This document shows positions 29,747 to 40,867 of a stretch of DNA of 64,000 nucleotides, piece after piece (position 1 is the stretch's first letter; each line of letters opens with the position of its first letter). Below the pieces are notes generated by a model. It had not been told where the DNA came from. It worked only from the letters and a program-made list of their open reading frames with translations, and made no database searches. Both the position numbers and the translations under genes were made by a program. This DNA is from a virus, in IMG/VR virus record IMGVR_UViG_3300042991_000159, positions 35,796 to 99,795 of that record. The stretch is one strand, 5' to 3'.

Positions 29747-31015
29747 TTAGGCAGTTGGAGTTTGGGCTGAAACAGGGCTACCCCACGCTAAGAAAATAGC
29801 ATTAAGTACTGTTACAACTCCGGTTTGAGCATCATCACCAAGAGCAGTGTTAGCTTCAAGAGCTACTGCAATTTGCTTTGGAGATTTTACATCACTTCCA
29901 AGTCCACCTTGAATTACTCCGTCATACTCAACAAGCACGAAGTCATACAGTGCACCAGTAATTTGTGCTCTGTCAACAGGTGCTCCTTCAAGGAATGAGC
30001 GATATATATATTCGTCAGCTTGCAATTCTTTCTCAAGTTTTGCCATCTTCTGATATGTACCAACTCCGGGGAAAGGTTTAATTGATTCAGTTACAAGTGC
30101 TGTTGCATCTTCTCCGAAATCAATAGTAGTTTTCCAAACAACTACTGAAGAATCAAATTTTCCAAGAACAAAACTTCTGTCTTGACCCGTCAGTTTGATA
30201 CCATAATCATCAATACCTGCTACACGAACAATTCCGTATTGGGTATCTTGAGTAAGAGTAGCGGTTGCACCTTGATATTCAACGTCAAATTCACCAGTAT
30301 TGCTAGTAGTGTTAATACTAACAACTGTATAAACAGGACCTGTCAAAGCAGTACCGATTCTTAGAAGATCACCAACAACAAGAGCTGCGTCAGTTGTTGC
30401 ATTATCAATGTCAGTAACTGTGAAATACTTGCTTCCTTTAACAACATTCAGAGAACCAATTGCATCAGGCAAAGAAGTACTAGCTCCACTATTAACTCTT
30501 TCGAAAAGGATTTCCTTTTCTGGTTCACGACTCCAGTTCTTAATAAGACTCTTAACCAATCCAAGAGCTACAGCAGCTTGAGTTGTTGTACTAGGAGACT
30601 TATAGAAGCCTTCTTTAATTTTTTGTTGCATGAAATCAGCGATACTTGATCCACGAACATACATTCTGATTGTGAACAGGTTGTTTGCAGTAGTATCAAG
30701 TTCTCCTGATACACCATTAAAACCTACATAATCAACTTGCTGAACCTCAGCAGATTGTTTACCTAGATTATAATTTCTTACTGTTCCTTTCGTAACTACG
30801 TCAGAATGAAGAAGTTTACCTCCTGCATTAGCAACGAGTTTGAAAGCGGTCAGTCCTGCCGGTAGAGATGTTGCATCAAGAATCACGTTTTTCAGATCAG
30901 TTACAACCACTTCACCACTAGCTACAGTAGATGTACTAGCTACTGAACCTTCAGAACCTGAAGCAGCTATGTTAGCAGCAACAAAAAGCTGCATTACGTT
31001 TTTAATAGTTTCCAT
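29747..31015 (-). CDS. Auxiliary capsid (decoration) protein
   Basis: 422 aa, downstream of the MCP and ring genes; YGIKLTG...PFPGVGTYQKMAKLEKEL motif; followed by a strong terminator. Confidence 0.7.
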   Translation of the reverse strand: METIKNVMQLFVAANIAASGSEGSVASTSTVASGEVVVTDLKNVILDATSLPAGLTAFKLVANAGGKLLHSDVVTKGTVRNYNLGKQSAEVQQVDYVGFNGVSGELDTTANNLFTIRMYVRGSSIADFMQQKIKEGFYKSPSTTTQAAVALGLVKSLIKNWSREPEKEILFERVNSGASTSLPDAIGSLNVVKGSKYFTVTDIDNATTDAALVVGDLLRIGTALTGPVYTVVSINTTSNTGEFDVEYQGATATLTQDTQYGIVRVAGIDDYGIKLTGQDRSFVLGKFDSSVVVWKTTIDFGEDATALVTESIKPFPGVGTYQKMAKLEKELQADEYIYRSFLEGAPVDRAQITGALYDFVLVEYDGVIQGGLGSDVKSPKQIAVALEANTALGDDAQTGVVTVLNAIFLAWGSPVSAQTPTA

Positions 31016-31044
31016 TTTTTATAAGGAATTAAGTTAAAAAATAT

Positions 31045-31776
31045 TTATTGTTGTTCTTTTAAAGAACTGATTTGAAATCCTTTTTCATCTTGAAGTGCAG
31101 CATAAGCAAGCTTAACTGCTCTATCAACGATTTCACGATGTATAATACTGTTTAGTTCACTATCTAATCCTGCTGTTGTATGAGCAGATAGTGCAACTCC
31201 ATCTAATGTTTCAGTTGTGTAATCACCATCCGGAATTACAATAGGAGACGGTTTTCTGTAAAAATGCACACGTACACTTGTAAGAACCGTATCCGAATCA
31301 ATTACATAGGTTAACTTACCTTTCCATCCACTATTATCTTCTCCATAATCAAGTCTCCAAATTTTTTCATGATTAGGTTTCTTATATGGATTTTTAATAT
31401 TTAGATGATAATAGTCATCATCTATAGGTTTTACTCTTACGTCTGAAAACACAATCCCCGGATAGAAATGTGTAGATTGTGCGGTAAGAGTAGCTACTTC
31501 ATTAATAACAGCGAATCCGTCCGGTAAATCTGCCCAAAAAGAGTTTGCATAAGGACCAGCAACAAATGTACTAAGATCATCATACGTTTTCAGTACGTCA
31601 AGTATTCTCTTATTAGATTCAACAAAGGCGTTCCCTCGTTGAATATCAATTACAATTTGTTCCTGAGCTTGCGTCAGGAACGTAGATTTCTCTAACGGTT
31701 CGTAACCGGGATTATCGAAGTTAGCTATTTTATCATAGCTAACATCGAATGCATATCCCATTTCTTCTGCTGTCAT
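31045..31776 (-). CDS. Tail ring protein (crAss gene-74-like)
   Basis: MTAEEMGYAFDVSYDKI...EKSTFLTQAQ...FYRKPSPI...HREIVDRAVKLA motifs. Confidence 0.75.
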   Translation of the reverse strand: MTAEEMGYAFDVSYDKIANFDNPGYEPLEKSTFLTQAQEQIVIDIQRGNAFVESNKRILDVLKTYDDLSTFVAGPYANSFWADLPDGFAVINEVATLTAQSTHFYPGIVFSDVRVKPIDDDYYHLNIKNPYKKPNHEKIWRLDYGEDNSGWKGKLTYVIDSDTVLTSVRVHFYRKPSPIVIPDGDYTTETLDGVALSAHTTAGLDSELNSIIHREIVDRAVKLAYAALQDEKGFQISSLKEQQ

Positions 31777-32717
31777 TATTTAGCAAGTTCAATTTGATTC
31801 TTTAATGTCAAATATTCATCTTGATGCCTGTCATCTTTAAACCATTGAATAGCTTGTGCTAAACCTGTACCAACCGGTATTCCATCGACAGTCTCAATTT
31901 TGTCGCTACCCTTCATTACAAGTGCTCCAACTTTAAGACCCCTATGAACTAAGAGTTTATATTCGTAGTTCTTAGCATCATCAACAATAGCAACGAATCC
32001 ATCAATGTCATTGTCGATAATATCCTGAAGCCATGAATAGTAAGTCTCCTTACTTGAATCTTCAGATGGACGTTTTGATTTACCATTCTCTAGATAATAA
32101 ACTGTTAAGAAGTCGAACATTTCTTCTTCTGAACTATCAATTTTAGCTAGATATTTATAGGCTTTCTTCATCTTATCAGCACGTTTAATCTTCTCTTGAT
32201 TCTGCTGACCTTCGTGTACCAGTGCTATTCTGTATGTTCCACTACTTGTTCTATTTTCCCAACTTGGTGCAACTAAGCCTCCGTCAGGTTTAGTGTTCAA
32301 CATTAGAACTTTGTACTGAAGATAATCCATAGGCTTAGAAAGATCGAGGGTCAAAAGAATTGTTTCATCTGTTACGATATCATCAGTCTTTCTTACCGAT
32401 ACCTTAAAATCATGCCAAAAATTATCTTTTTTCTTATAAGGATTAAGATCACCTTTTTGTAAATCCAGACCTGCCTCATTTTCAAAGAACGCCTGTTCTT
32501 CAGGAGTTAAGGGGTTCATAAGTCTTCCTGTATTTCTATCAAGAGGAACTTGAAGTCCCATTACAGTATGATCATACATGAACGCTCCTGAGTGTCCTTC
32601 GGGAAGCCATCGTCCACTACGAACGATGGGCTTCACGTGGACTTTAGTGTTAGGTAGCGTGAACGCTTCCGTTCCTTTGCTACCTGACTTTACTACTTCT
32701 TCACTTTTACTTGCCAT
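31776..32717 (-). CDS. Conserved crAss-like protein downstream of MCP (gene-75-like)
   Basis: 313 aa; NFWHDFKV...LDLSKPMDYLQYKVL motif; position fits. Confidence 0.75.
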   Translation of the reverse strand: MASKSEEVVKSGSKGTEAFTLPNTKVHVKPIVRSGRWLPEGHSGAFMYDHTVMGLQVPLDRNTGRLMNPLTPEEQAFFENEAGLDLQKGDLNPYKKKDNFWHDFKVSVRKTDDIVTDETILLTLDLSKPMDYLQYKVLMLNTKPDGGLVAPSWENRTSSGTYRIALVHEGQQNQEKIKRADKMKKAYKYLAKIDSSEEEMFDFLTVYYLENGKSKRPSEDSSKETYYSWLQDIIDNDIDGFVAIVDDAKNYEYKLLVHRGLKVGALVMKGSDKIETVDGIPVGTGLAQAIQWFKDDRHQDEYLTLKNQIELAK

Positions 32718-32743
32718 TTTCTTCTTCTCCTAAAATTTAAGTA

Positions 32744-34207
32744 TTAAAGTATAATCGGTTTATATGTTGCAGTCCTTGTAGGATCATAAACAATAGAACC
32801 ACCAGTATAAGCTCTGTGTTCTGTCCATGCGTCCTTCGGGTTGCTCATAATTCTGTTAGTTTGACCAATCGTGAAAGGATCACGTAGTCCGGGTTCGTAA
32901 CCACGAATATCACCAAATTTCGAAAGAGCTACCTTCTGAATATTAGGTCTTCCATCAGAAGTACCCATGTTCAGGATGTCATATACACGTGACTCAGCAA
33001 GTCCTTGTCCACCGGGATAAAATACTTTGTTCCTTGCGAAATCGTCTTTCAGAGCATCGTGAACGATGTTAACTTTGATTCCGTTTGGTCCAATATACTC
33101 TAGGAATTGACCCCTGAATCCCATTGCATTACCCTTACTTGAGTAAATTCTGTATTCATCCCTTGCAGGAGTGTACAGTGTAGTATAGTCTTCAAGAGCT
33201 TCGTGGAATTGATACATTCCCCATTCTCCTGTAAGAACAGTTACTTCACGCTGTCCCATAACAACCTTACCAACGGTCAGGTCAAGAAGCATTTCAGTAA
33301 ATTTCTTGATGTCGAATGAGTTATATGTATTGTAGTTAGCAGCTTCCATTTGTTGCTTAATACCAGCACCCATCTGGATCACTCTACCTGATTTACCACG
33401 TTGCATATATTTACCATCTTCGGTTTTATTCGAAATAGCATATACAAGCATATGGTTAATCTCGTCTTGATACTGCATTTCAAGCTCGTATGAACGATAG
33501 TCCATCCAAGTTGTCATGAGTTTTTTCGTAGCTGGATCAATCCAAGAGAATTTAACAGGTCTTTCGATCATGTTACCCGGAATTGTATCTTGCATACGAA
33601 TCATAGTCATGGCGTTCATCATTTTATACGGAAACGTATAATGAACTCCACCACCTTTTACAGAAAGTTCCTTCTCAACCGGTGAGAAATCTTTACTGAA
33701 ACGCTTTCCGGCTACCAGTTCTTCGTAAGGGATAAACAGACTAGGATCACCAGTTAACAGGCGACATCTGTATCTCCAAGTACCACCTACGTTAACAGGG
33801 TCTTCCAAGATTTGAATTGGATAGATTTCATTACGTTCACCAACAATCACGTTGACATCAGTGAAGTAAGCTTCTGCAAAGTATAGATAGAACTCAGCGT
33901 AGTTAAGACCTGCTTGGGATGTTGCTGTAACAGCAGTACCAAGTGTAATTTCAGCCTTAACAAGTGGGATATTTTTCTTACCGTTAGTAGTAATGTCCCA
34001 TGTAAAATCGTCATCAGTGTCGAAGGTTTTAACCGGAAACTGATTCAGATATGCGTTTACAGTAGCACCAAGATTCGCTTGATGAATCATAGTGGCAACT
34101 TTAGACGCTTGTTGAGGTTCGATACCAAATCTATAACCTAAGTGTGACTTGGTTACCAGACCTGTTATGTCCTCTGATTCATAAAGTTGAAATGGTGAAA
34201 TTTTCAT
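32744..34207 (-). CDS. Major capsid protein (crAss-like HK97 fold)
   Basis: 487 aa; GLVTKSHLG, PVEKELSVKGG, IQMGAGIKQQME and LTGEWGMYQFHEA motifs; order portal-scaffold-MCP. Confidence 0.92.
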   Translation of the reverse strand: MKISPFQLYESEDITGLVTKSHLGYRFGIEPQQASKVATMIHQANLGATVNAYLNQFPVKTFDTDDDFTWDITTNGKKNIPLVKAEITLGTAVTATSQAGLNYAEFYLYFAEAYFTDVNVIVGERNEIYPIQILEDPVNVGGTWRYRCRLLTGDPSLFIPYEELVAGKRFSKDFSPVEKELSVKGGGVHYTFPYKMMNAMTMIRMQDTIPGNMIERPVKFSWIDPATKKLMTTWMDYRSYELEMQYQDEINHMLVYAISNKTEDGKYMQRGKSGRVIQMGAGIKQQMEAANYNTYNSFDIKKFTEMLLDLTVGKVVMGQREVTVLTGEWGMYQFHEALEDYTTLYTPARDEYRIYSSKGNAMGFRGQFLEYIGPNGIKVNIVHDALKDDFARNKVFYPGGQGLAESRVYDILNMGTSDGRPNIQKVALSKFGDIRGYEPGLRDPFTIGQTNRIMSNPKDAWTEHRAYTGGSIVYDPTRTATYKPIIL

Positions 34208-34250
34208 TTTTACCGTTTTTAAAAGGGTTTCTCTTATTTGTATTTACTAA

Positions 34251-35531
34251 TTATAATCTTCTAAAAGCTCTTTCAAAGTCATCAATTTCGTCGTCATCTG
34301 TTTTAACAACTTTTGTCTTCCCAGTAACTATCTTTTCCTTAGATTCAAAAACACTTCTGAGTTTGTCAGTAGCTTCGGTTGTTGCAGTTTTTGCAATCTT
34401 ACTAAAGTCTGGTTTTGCTACTCCGTCCTCATTTATATTAAATATTCCAAGGTCATGATAATAATGAAGCATCATTTCAAACAGTTCCGGATTTCGATTC
34501 CTTGTTGCCATTACAGGATTAAGCGGACGACCTTCAGCATCACGTGCTATTGGTTCTATCATAGACTTCATTATCTTTTCACGTGCAGGTTTAGTCAGTT
34601 TAATCCCCGGTATAATCTCCGGAGTGTTATCAACTAATTGTTTCATCCTAGCAACGCCTTGTCTAATTCTGTCCTTTTCGGCTTCTTGAGCAGCTTTAGC
34701 ACCTTCTTCAAGATCAGTCATCTTTTTCTTGAAAGTCTTCGGTAATATCGGAAGAGCCTTTGCAGCTTTTTCTGCTAAATTTTCTAAGGTCTTATAACCG
34801 TCGATCTCTTCTTTTATTTCCTCTTTACTGAATCCTCTGAGTTCGAGTACCTTAGTAACAACTTCTTCTTGCAATTTCTCGTTCTCTTTTAAATCCTCAA
34901 TGTTAATCTTTGAGTATTTATCATAACCGGTTTTTGCCTGTCCGTAAGCATCAATTGGTACACCTTTCTCTTTAGCTTCATAAAGTGCTCTATCCTGTTC
35001 TGTAAGCGACTGTTTGTAGCTTTCAATACCCTGTTCAATTTGTGTCTGTACTGAAATCTCAGATAATTCACGCAGGGCAGCAGCTTCATCTCCACCATTC
35101 CTCTCCACCAGTGTTTTCCAATCCTCTTCTTCAAAATCGAGAAAGACCCCCTCATTGGCTCTGTCTCTTGCGAAGGCTAAGTACTGTGAAGAAGAAGGAG
35201 AAGAGTCGCTCGAATCATCGCCATCCGAGGGAGTCTTAACTTTTTCTTGCTTTTTTTCAGTCTTTTCAATGTGCGCTCCGTCTCCACTTTCACCTTCACC
35301 TTCAAGAGGTTTTGCTTGAGTTTCAACAGTTTTTTGGAGAAATTCATCCAGCTCAATTGTACCATCTTCATATTCAGTGAATCCAGTACCTGCTGTTTTT
35401 CCTTCTTTCGAAGGTTCTTTTGTTTCAGAAGCGGGTTTTTTATTAACTTCCTCTTCTACTTTGTCTGGAACTTCAATAAGACCTTCTCCAAGAGTCATAT
35501 TAAATAATCCATCTTTTTCTTCTTTTGCCAT
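34251..35531 (-). CDS. Scaffold-like acidic protein (crAss gene-77-like)
   Basis: E/K/D-rich, between portal and MCP. The likely start is ATG 35531 (MAKEEK), because a promoter lies between it and the track start at 35567. Confidence 0.75.
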   Translation of the reverse strand: MAKEEKDGLFNMTLGEGLIEVPDKVEEEVNKKPASETKEPSKEGKTAGTGFTEYEDGTIELDEFLQKTVETQAKPLEGEGESGDGAHIEKTEKKQEKVKTPSDGDDSSDSSPSSSQYLAFARDRANEGVFLDFEEEDWKTLVERNGGDEAAALRELSEISVQTQIEQGIESYKQSLTEQDRALYEAKEKGVPIDAYGQAKTGYDKYSKINIEDLKENEKLQEEVVTKVLELRGFSKEEIKEEIDGYKTLENLAEKAAKALPILPKTFKKKMTDLEEGAKAAQEAEKDRIRQGVARMKQLVDNTPEIIPGIKLTKPAREKIMKSMIEPIARDAEGRPLNPVMATRNRNPELFEMMLHYYHDLGIFNINEDGVAKPDFSKIAKTATTEATDKLRSVFESKEKIVTGKTKVVKTDDDEIDDFERAFRRL

Positions 35532-35551
35532 TTTAATCTTCTCCTTTGTTA

Positions 35552-35583
35552 CAAAATTAACTTCCATAAAAATCTAATACAAA
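35552..35583 (-). promoter_or_regulatory. Bacteroidota sigma-A promoter for the scaffold-capsid operon
   Basis: Minus strand TTTG-N20-TAATTTTG, a perfect consensus, 20 nt upstream of ATG 35531. Confidence 0.75.
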
Positions 35584-35616
35584 TTATTAGATATTATTTT
35601 CTATTTGGTATAGCTT

Positions 35617-38031
35617 TTACTTACTTTTTGAGACTGTTTTTGGTTGCATAGCTTTCTTCTTATCAATCACTTCAGTTGCCTTATTATGACGAATAGTTTC
35701 AAGTATGTCCTTATTCTTCAGTTCATAATCCTTTCGAATTTTTTCACGATCTAATTTAAGTTTCTCAATAGCAAGAATTCTTTCTTCTATACCATTACCT
35801 TCTTGCCCATCGTCTTTACCCGCAATAGCAAGTTTAGTCTGGGCTTCAAGCATTTTTTCTTCCCATCTTTGTTGACGTTCGGCTTCCTTATCAGCCATTT
35901 GAGCTTGAATCTGTTGTTGTTGAGCTTCAAGATTTGCTTGTTGTTGTTCAGCTATAAGTTTTTCAGCATTTTCTTCATACTTCTCAATCTTTCTTCTCAT
36001 AGAACTCATAGAATCAGATAAGTATATATCCATTAGAGCAGAGAAATTAAGCTTGTCATTTTGCAGACCAGCTTGAGCAAGACTCTTCATAGCCGCCATC
36101 AGTTCAGCATCTTGAGTAGAGTTACTAATCATAATACCGTAATCAGCATCGTTGAATAGTTGTCCATCAATCTCTGTAATAACCGAACTCATTTCATCGG
36201 AAATGTATTGCAGTTTCTCATGATTCTTATTTCTCCAAGCATACTTTGCAGTCTCAAGAAGAGTTTCAAGAACTCTCTTCTTAGTATTATCGTGCATCAT
36301 AAACCATTTCTCTGTAATATGAGAAGACTGAGTTACAGCACGTTCAACACCACCAACAGTCTCACGATTTTCTATCTGACCCTGACGTTGCTGATTTACA
36401 CCGGCAATTTCACCAAGTTCACGCTTAATAAATTCAAGCATCATAACGTGTTGCTGGATATAACTACCCATCTCAAGATCAAGTACTTTAGTATTCTGGT
36501 TCATTTGACCAGCAAGTTTTCCTTGTGCTACCCCTTTATTACCTTCTTTAAACGGGTCTTCAATCGCCCATCCAAGAATCTCAGCATAGTACATCCACTT
36601 GTCCATATCCCAACCTTCCGGAATACGAGATGTATCCATTACAGAAATCTTACCTTTACTCTTTGCAAAGGCAAGTTCTGTTCTATACATAAATACATTA
36701 TATAGGTATTGATAAGGCTTCATCCTATCCATTAAAGAACGAGCCTGAGACGTATTAGTATTATAAATGGTTCCTACATAACCTGATCCACCAATAGATT
36801 TATTACCCATACTACGGAATTGGATTGGTCTTGGACCCCACTTAACATAAATATCTTCTGCGATACGAGTACCTTCCCACCACTCATTAATCCAGAACCA
36901 TTCAATTTTTTCTCCAAGAGCTTCATTAACAGGATAGTTCTCGTCAACAAGTTCCTTTTGAATTTCTCCGTCTTCATCATACCAACTCTTTTCTCCCACC
37001 TTTCTCATACTTACCCACACAACTTTTAGAACACGAACTTCTCCGTTATCACTATATGCTGCAACGTTTCTTGTATTATAGTTGTTGAGATCAATAAGAC
37101 TATACTCCCATTCACCGTTTTCATTCTGAGAAGCATTGGTTGCAGAAATAGGATTTTGAACTGGTCTTCTGGGATAATACTTAACAATATCCTTACTACT
37201 ACCTCCACTGGAAATATATCCTCTTTCGATTTTATCAATTTCAGCAGGAGTAAGATGATCATAATAATTATCAATAACCCATCTAATAGGTTGATAAGTA
37301 TCTTCAATTATAACATCTGCATCTTCAACTAAGTAACTCGGTCCAGTACGAAGAACTGTGAGAGTCATGGGATCAACTTTTCGTACAACCGGTTCACCAC
37401 CAACAATATCTACATTATATACTTCCATTCCACCAACAAGAGCATCTTCAAATCCTCTGTTGAACTTAATTTTTAAGTCTTGTTCTTTCCATAAATAAGT
37501 AAGATATTGCGTAGCTCTTCTCTCTCTAAGGTCTTGAGCTTCATACTTGCTCCACTTTTCGAGTTTCTGAATTTCTTCAGCAAGTTTTTCCTCACTATAG
37601 TTTTCATCTTCAACTGCTTTCATTAGCAGTTGTTTCATCAAATTCTTTTGCTTCTCTTCTTTCTGAGAAACTGCATCCGGATTTACTACCATTACTCTCC
37701 AATCAAAACGTCTTTTTGATTCCTCACCAATAAGAAGGTCAATTTTAGGATTAGCAATAGGATAGTTCTGCATCTTAGCAGGGAAGGACGCATTTTTTAT
37801 TCCCCAAGGATTAACTGCTTGTTCAATATCTCTCTCGTCAAGAATATCATTACGCAAATTGTAATTGACCATCATGTCTTTTTTAGTCCTCATAAGAAGA
37901 CTATCTCTGTTGTATGATACATCAATAGCTGACTCCATACAATCAATTACAAACTGCTTATTCTTTTTAGCAGTTGATTTCTTTTGGTACGGGAAATGTG
38001 CTGTCGTTTTAATTATTTGTCCTGTAGCCAT
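35617..38031 (-). CDS. Portal protein
   Basis: 804 aa; NYPIANPKIDLLIGEE, WINEWWEGTRI, SLMDRMKPYQYLYN and AGVNQQRQGQI motifs; follows TerL. Confidence 0.92.
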   Translation of the reverse strand: MATGQIIKTTAHFPYQKKSTAKKNKQFVIDCMESAIDVSYNRDSLLMRTKKDMMVNYNLRNDILDERDIEQAVNPWGIKNASFPAKMQNYPIANPKIDLLIGEESKRRFDWRVMVVNPDAVSQKEEKQKNLMKQLLMKAVEDENYSEEKLAEEIQKLEKWSKYEAQDLRERRATQYLTYLWKEQDLKIKFNRGFEDALVGGMEVYNVDIVGGEPVVRKVDPMTLTVLRTGPSYLVEDADVIIEDTYQPIRWVIDNYYDHLTPAEIDKIERGYISSGGSSKDIVKYYPRRPVQNPISATNASQNENGEWEYSLIDLNNYNTRNVAAYSDNGEVRVLKVVWVSMRKVGEKSWYDEDGEIQKELVDENYPVNEALGEKIEWFWINEWWEGTRIAEDIYVKWGPRPIQFRSMGNKSIGGSGYVGTIYNTNTSQARSLMDRMKPYQYLYNVFMYRTELAFAKSKGKISVMDTSRIPEGWDMDKWMYYAEILGWAIEDPFKEGNKGVAQGKLAGQMNQNTKVLDLEMGSYIQQHVMMLEFIKRELGEIAGVNQQRQGQIENRETVGGVERAVTQSSHITEKWFMMHDNTKKRVLETLLETAKYAWRNKNHEKLQYISDEMSSVITEIDGQLFNDADYGIMISNSTQDAELMAAMKSLAQAGLQNDKLNFSALMDIYLSDSMSSMRRKIEKYEENAEKLIAEQQQANLEAQQQQIQAQMADKEAERQQRWEEKMLEAQTKLAIAGKDDGQEGNGIEERILAIEKLKLDREKIRKDYELKNKDILETIRHNKATEVIDKKKAMQPKTVSKSK

Positions 38032-38064
38032 TATTTTTAACTTTGCAAAGTTTCCATAAAATTA

Positions 38065-40311
38065 TTAATTTTTTACGTTATCTGTCTTAATAAAGTCCAT
38101 GATTGTTTTATTGCTATAGCTTTTTGTACCATGAAAATGTCTATCAAAAAATGGATCATTGGTAATAGCCTTTGTTTGTTTCTCTCTCAAATGAGTTTTA
38201 AACTGTAATCTATCCTCTCTGTAAATCATTAACATAATCAACGCTGAAATATCATCAAAGTTATCATCCGAGTTCCATGCAATTATTTCGTGAAGTAAAG
38301 GTATTGATCTTATCTTATCTAAATTTGTTGTTTCAGACGCAATCACGTTTCCGTTTTCATCTTCAATTTCTTCACCATATGCAGGAGAAGACATCCATTG
38401 TACTGCTCTCTGTAAACCATAGAGATTAACGGGAGTAGAACCATAAGTTCCTTTCGAGTTATTTCCAAAAGTATTAGCTTTGCTAATTCCTTTATCTCTT
38501 AAAATCTCAGGTTCGTCACACAATAGATTTAGTTGACCCCTATTATACAGATATCCGTAAAGACCCTTTTTATTACGTTCATAATTTCCTGTAGCATTGT
38601 AAAATTTCAATATTCGTCTCACTGTCTCGAAGAAAATATCAGCTGTAGAAGGTCTTCCTTTATAATGACACACAATCCTATCGGTTAATAAATCCAAAAC
38701 TAGGATAGAACCAACAGAGCTGGTGGATGATTCGTCGTCATCATAGGGGTCAATTCCAGCAATATACCTTCCAAAAGGAACTGTTCCGTCTTCTCTTTTA
38801 AAAGGCATTTCGTATATTTCGATTACTCCCGCCTGTTTATTATTCTTGATTGGGAAATCATGAAGAGGAATTCCTTCAGTATTATATTCAAACTTAATAC
38901 GTTGACCTACTGGATCAACAATTAAATCAGCTTTAAAGATACTATCAACATAGGTCTTACGATTAGTCATTATCTGTCCAAGTCTTGCTGACGCACGAAC
39001 AGTATCAAACATTGTCCCTTGTACACGTAAGAATGCTTCTGCCGGTGTCTTAGGCTGTTGCGTAATAAATTTATTATATGCAGAACGTGAACCCTTGCGT
39101 CTTATAATTCTTTTTGTATCAAGAGACTCTTCAGCTAGAACTCTATAAGAATTTCCTTGTTCGTCTACAAAGGGAAGTTCTTCTTCTTTTTCAATCTTCT
39201 TTCCCCACTTATCTACAATATAATGTTTTTTCTTAACAGAACCGGGATAGTACCACATATCATCAATGAACCATCCACAGTCACCTGTAGCATTTTCATC
39301 ATAAATATTCTCATATGAAGCAAGCCCATAAGGGTCTGGATTATAATACATTTCAGCAAAGTCACGAGTACCTCTTTCCATATCACCACCGGTTCCCCAT
39401 ATTAAAGGAACACCGGTTATAATATCTCCATCACGAAAGGTTGGTTCAGAAATCGTATATGCTGTTAGAAGATGTTCAAATTTACCAGCTTCTTCAAATC
39501 CCATTAGATCAGTAGATTCACCAATAGACTTGAAAGGATTGTCTTTGAAAGAAACAGCTTGTATTTCAGACATATAACCATCTTCAATCTCAACACCCGT
39601 ATATTCATTTTTCATTACAAACGAAGCTCGGAAATGATCACGTTTGTTCAGTTTATCTCTTTTCTTTCCCCAATCCGTTACTTTATTAACATGATTCATA
39701 GTAAAATGAATACCATCCAATGTTACTTTGTAGTGACCTTTTTCGTAAGCTGCAAGTATATTTTGAGATGCAGGAATGAAATTAAAATTATATCCGTATA
39801 CTCCACCTGTTACCTGATAGGTAAATCCTTTACGACGACTCTTGGCAACAATCATTCCTTTCTTTTCTCCACCGGCATAAATTCCTTCAGCAGAATGTTT
39901 CTCAAACTCATTGAACCAATAGTAATTATGATCTAGGAAACGGGGAAGAGTAATAATCTTTCTGTTTTCACCCTGCTTTTCAGCACCCGTATTTGGATCA
40001 ATAGGACGAGCTTTAATCAGACAAAAGTTCAGATAAAAATAATGGCGACCTGTCACTCTGACACCACCTACACTATAACCATTTAATACCCTATGTTCCT
40101 GTTCATCCCAATAATCATTGTAGTCCTTAGAACTGAAAGGAGCATTAGTATAATATCCATTTTTAAGAAAATATCTTCCATCCTCTTGAAATACACTACT
40201 ATTAATAAACTTCAGATACGGTTGTTCTGTGTTTCTTAACGGATTTGGTACTCCTGTCCAAGGTTGTGCTACAACAATTTTTGGTCTCTCTACTACTGTT
40301 ATGTTACTCAT
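38065..40311 (-). CDS. terL: Terminase large subunit
   Basis: Walker A KSRRKGFT, Walker B GFEEAG, WGTGG coupling motif, RNase H-like YIAGIDPYD and C-terminal NFDDISA. Confidence 0.95.
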   Translation of the reverse strand: MSNITVVERPKIVVAQPWTGVPNPLRNTEQPYLKFINSSVFQEDGRYFLKNGYYTNAPFSSKDYNDYWDEQEHRVLNGYSVGGVRVTGRHYFYLNFCLIKARPIDPNTGAEKQGENRKIITLPRFLDHNYYWFNEFEKHSAEGIYAGGEKKGMIVAKSRRKGFTYQVTGGVYGYNFNFIPASQNILAAYEKGHYKVTLDGIHFTMNHVNKVTDWGKKRDKLNKRDHFRASFVMKNEYTGVEIEDGYMSEIQAVSFKDNPFKSIGESTDLMGFEEAGKFEHLLTAYTISEPTFRDGDIITGVPLIWGTGGDMERGTRDFAEMYYNPDPYGLASYENIYDENATGDCGWFIDDMWYYPGSVKKKHYIVDKWGKKIEKEEELPFVDEQGNSYRVLAEESLDTKRIIRRKGSRSAYNKFITQQPKTPAEAFLRVQGTMFDTVRASARLGQIMTNRKTYVDSIFKADLIVDPVGQRIKFEYNTEGIPLHDFPIKNNKQAGVIEIYEMPFKREDGTVPFGRYIAGIDPYDDDESSTSSVGSILVLDLLTDRIVCHYKGRPSTADIFFETVRRILKFYNATGNYERNKKGLYGYLYNRGQLNLLCDEPEILRDKGISKANTFGNNSKGTYGSTPVNLYGLQRAVQWMSSPAYGEEIEDENGNVIASETTNLDKIRSIPLLHEIIAWNSDDNFDDISALIMLMIYREDRLQFKTHLREKQTKAITNDPFFDRHFHGTKSYSNKTIMDFIKTDNVKN

Positions 40312-40558
40312 TAAATTTAATATCTAACTGTATTGAATCCGTTGTTATACTTGGTGGTAGACAATCACAAGAATATTTATAAGGAGAATGTACCACTTGA
40401 CATCTTGGGCAAATCCATCCAATCGTTGATGGTATTAGATTTTCAGTATTAACAACATGTGGAATCTTTATATCAAATCCAGCATTTTTACATGAAATAC
40501 AAATTCCATCTACATCTACTGTAGTAAGCTCCGACTGACAAAATATACAATTTTTCAT
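40304..40558 (-). CDS. Zn-finger protein
   Basis: CIFC...CISC and GWICPRC...CDC motifs. Confidence 0.65.
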   Translation of the reverse strand: MKNCIFCQSELTTVDVDGICISCKNAGFDIKIPHVVNTENLIPSTIGWICPRCQVVHSPYKYSCDCLPPSITTDSIQLDIKFNE

Positions 40559-40866
40559 AATTTAATTGGTTTTTCTGCTAAACGTTTTCCCCTCATATTA
40601 TCTTCTATCTCACCCACTAATATCCACTTTTCATCAATTCTTCTACATTCTTGAAGAAAATCAGTTATATAACATTGCATCATATCTGCTCCAAACAAAC
40701 CGACTTTTTCATGATATTCTTTTATACAATCAACAGTATAATGTTTTTCATCTCTTTTAATGACAACCTGTGCTCTAATGATAAAGTTGACCATAGCCAT
40801 CCATTCATTAGGTCCAGTATCCTTAGTATAATAATACGATGTGGTATTGAAATCTTTTAGTAACAT
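40555..40866 (-). CDS. Hypothetical protein
   Basis: 103 aa, coupled to neighbours. Confidence 0.55.
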   Translation of the reverse strand: MLLKDFNTTSYYYTKDTGPNEWMAMVNFIIRAQVVIKRDEKHYTVDCIKEYHEKVGLFGADMMQCYITDFLQECRRIDEKWILVGEIEDNMRGKRLAEKPIKL

Positions 40867-40867
40867 T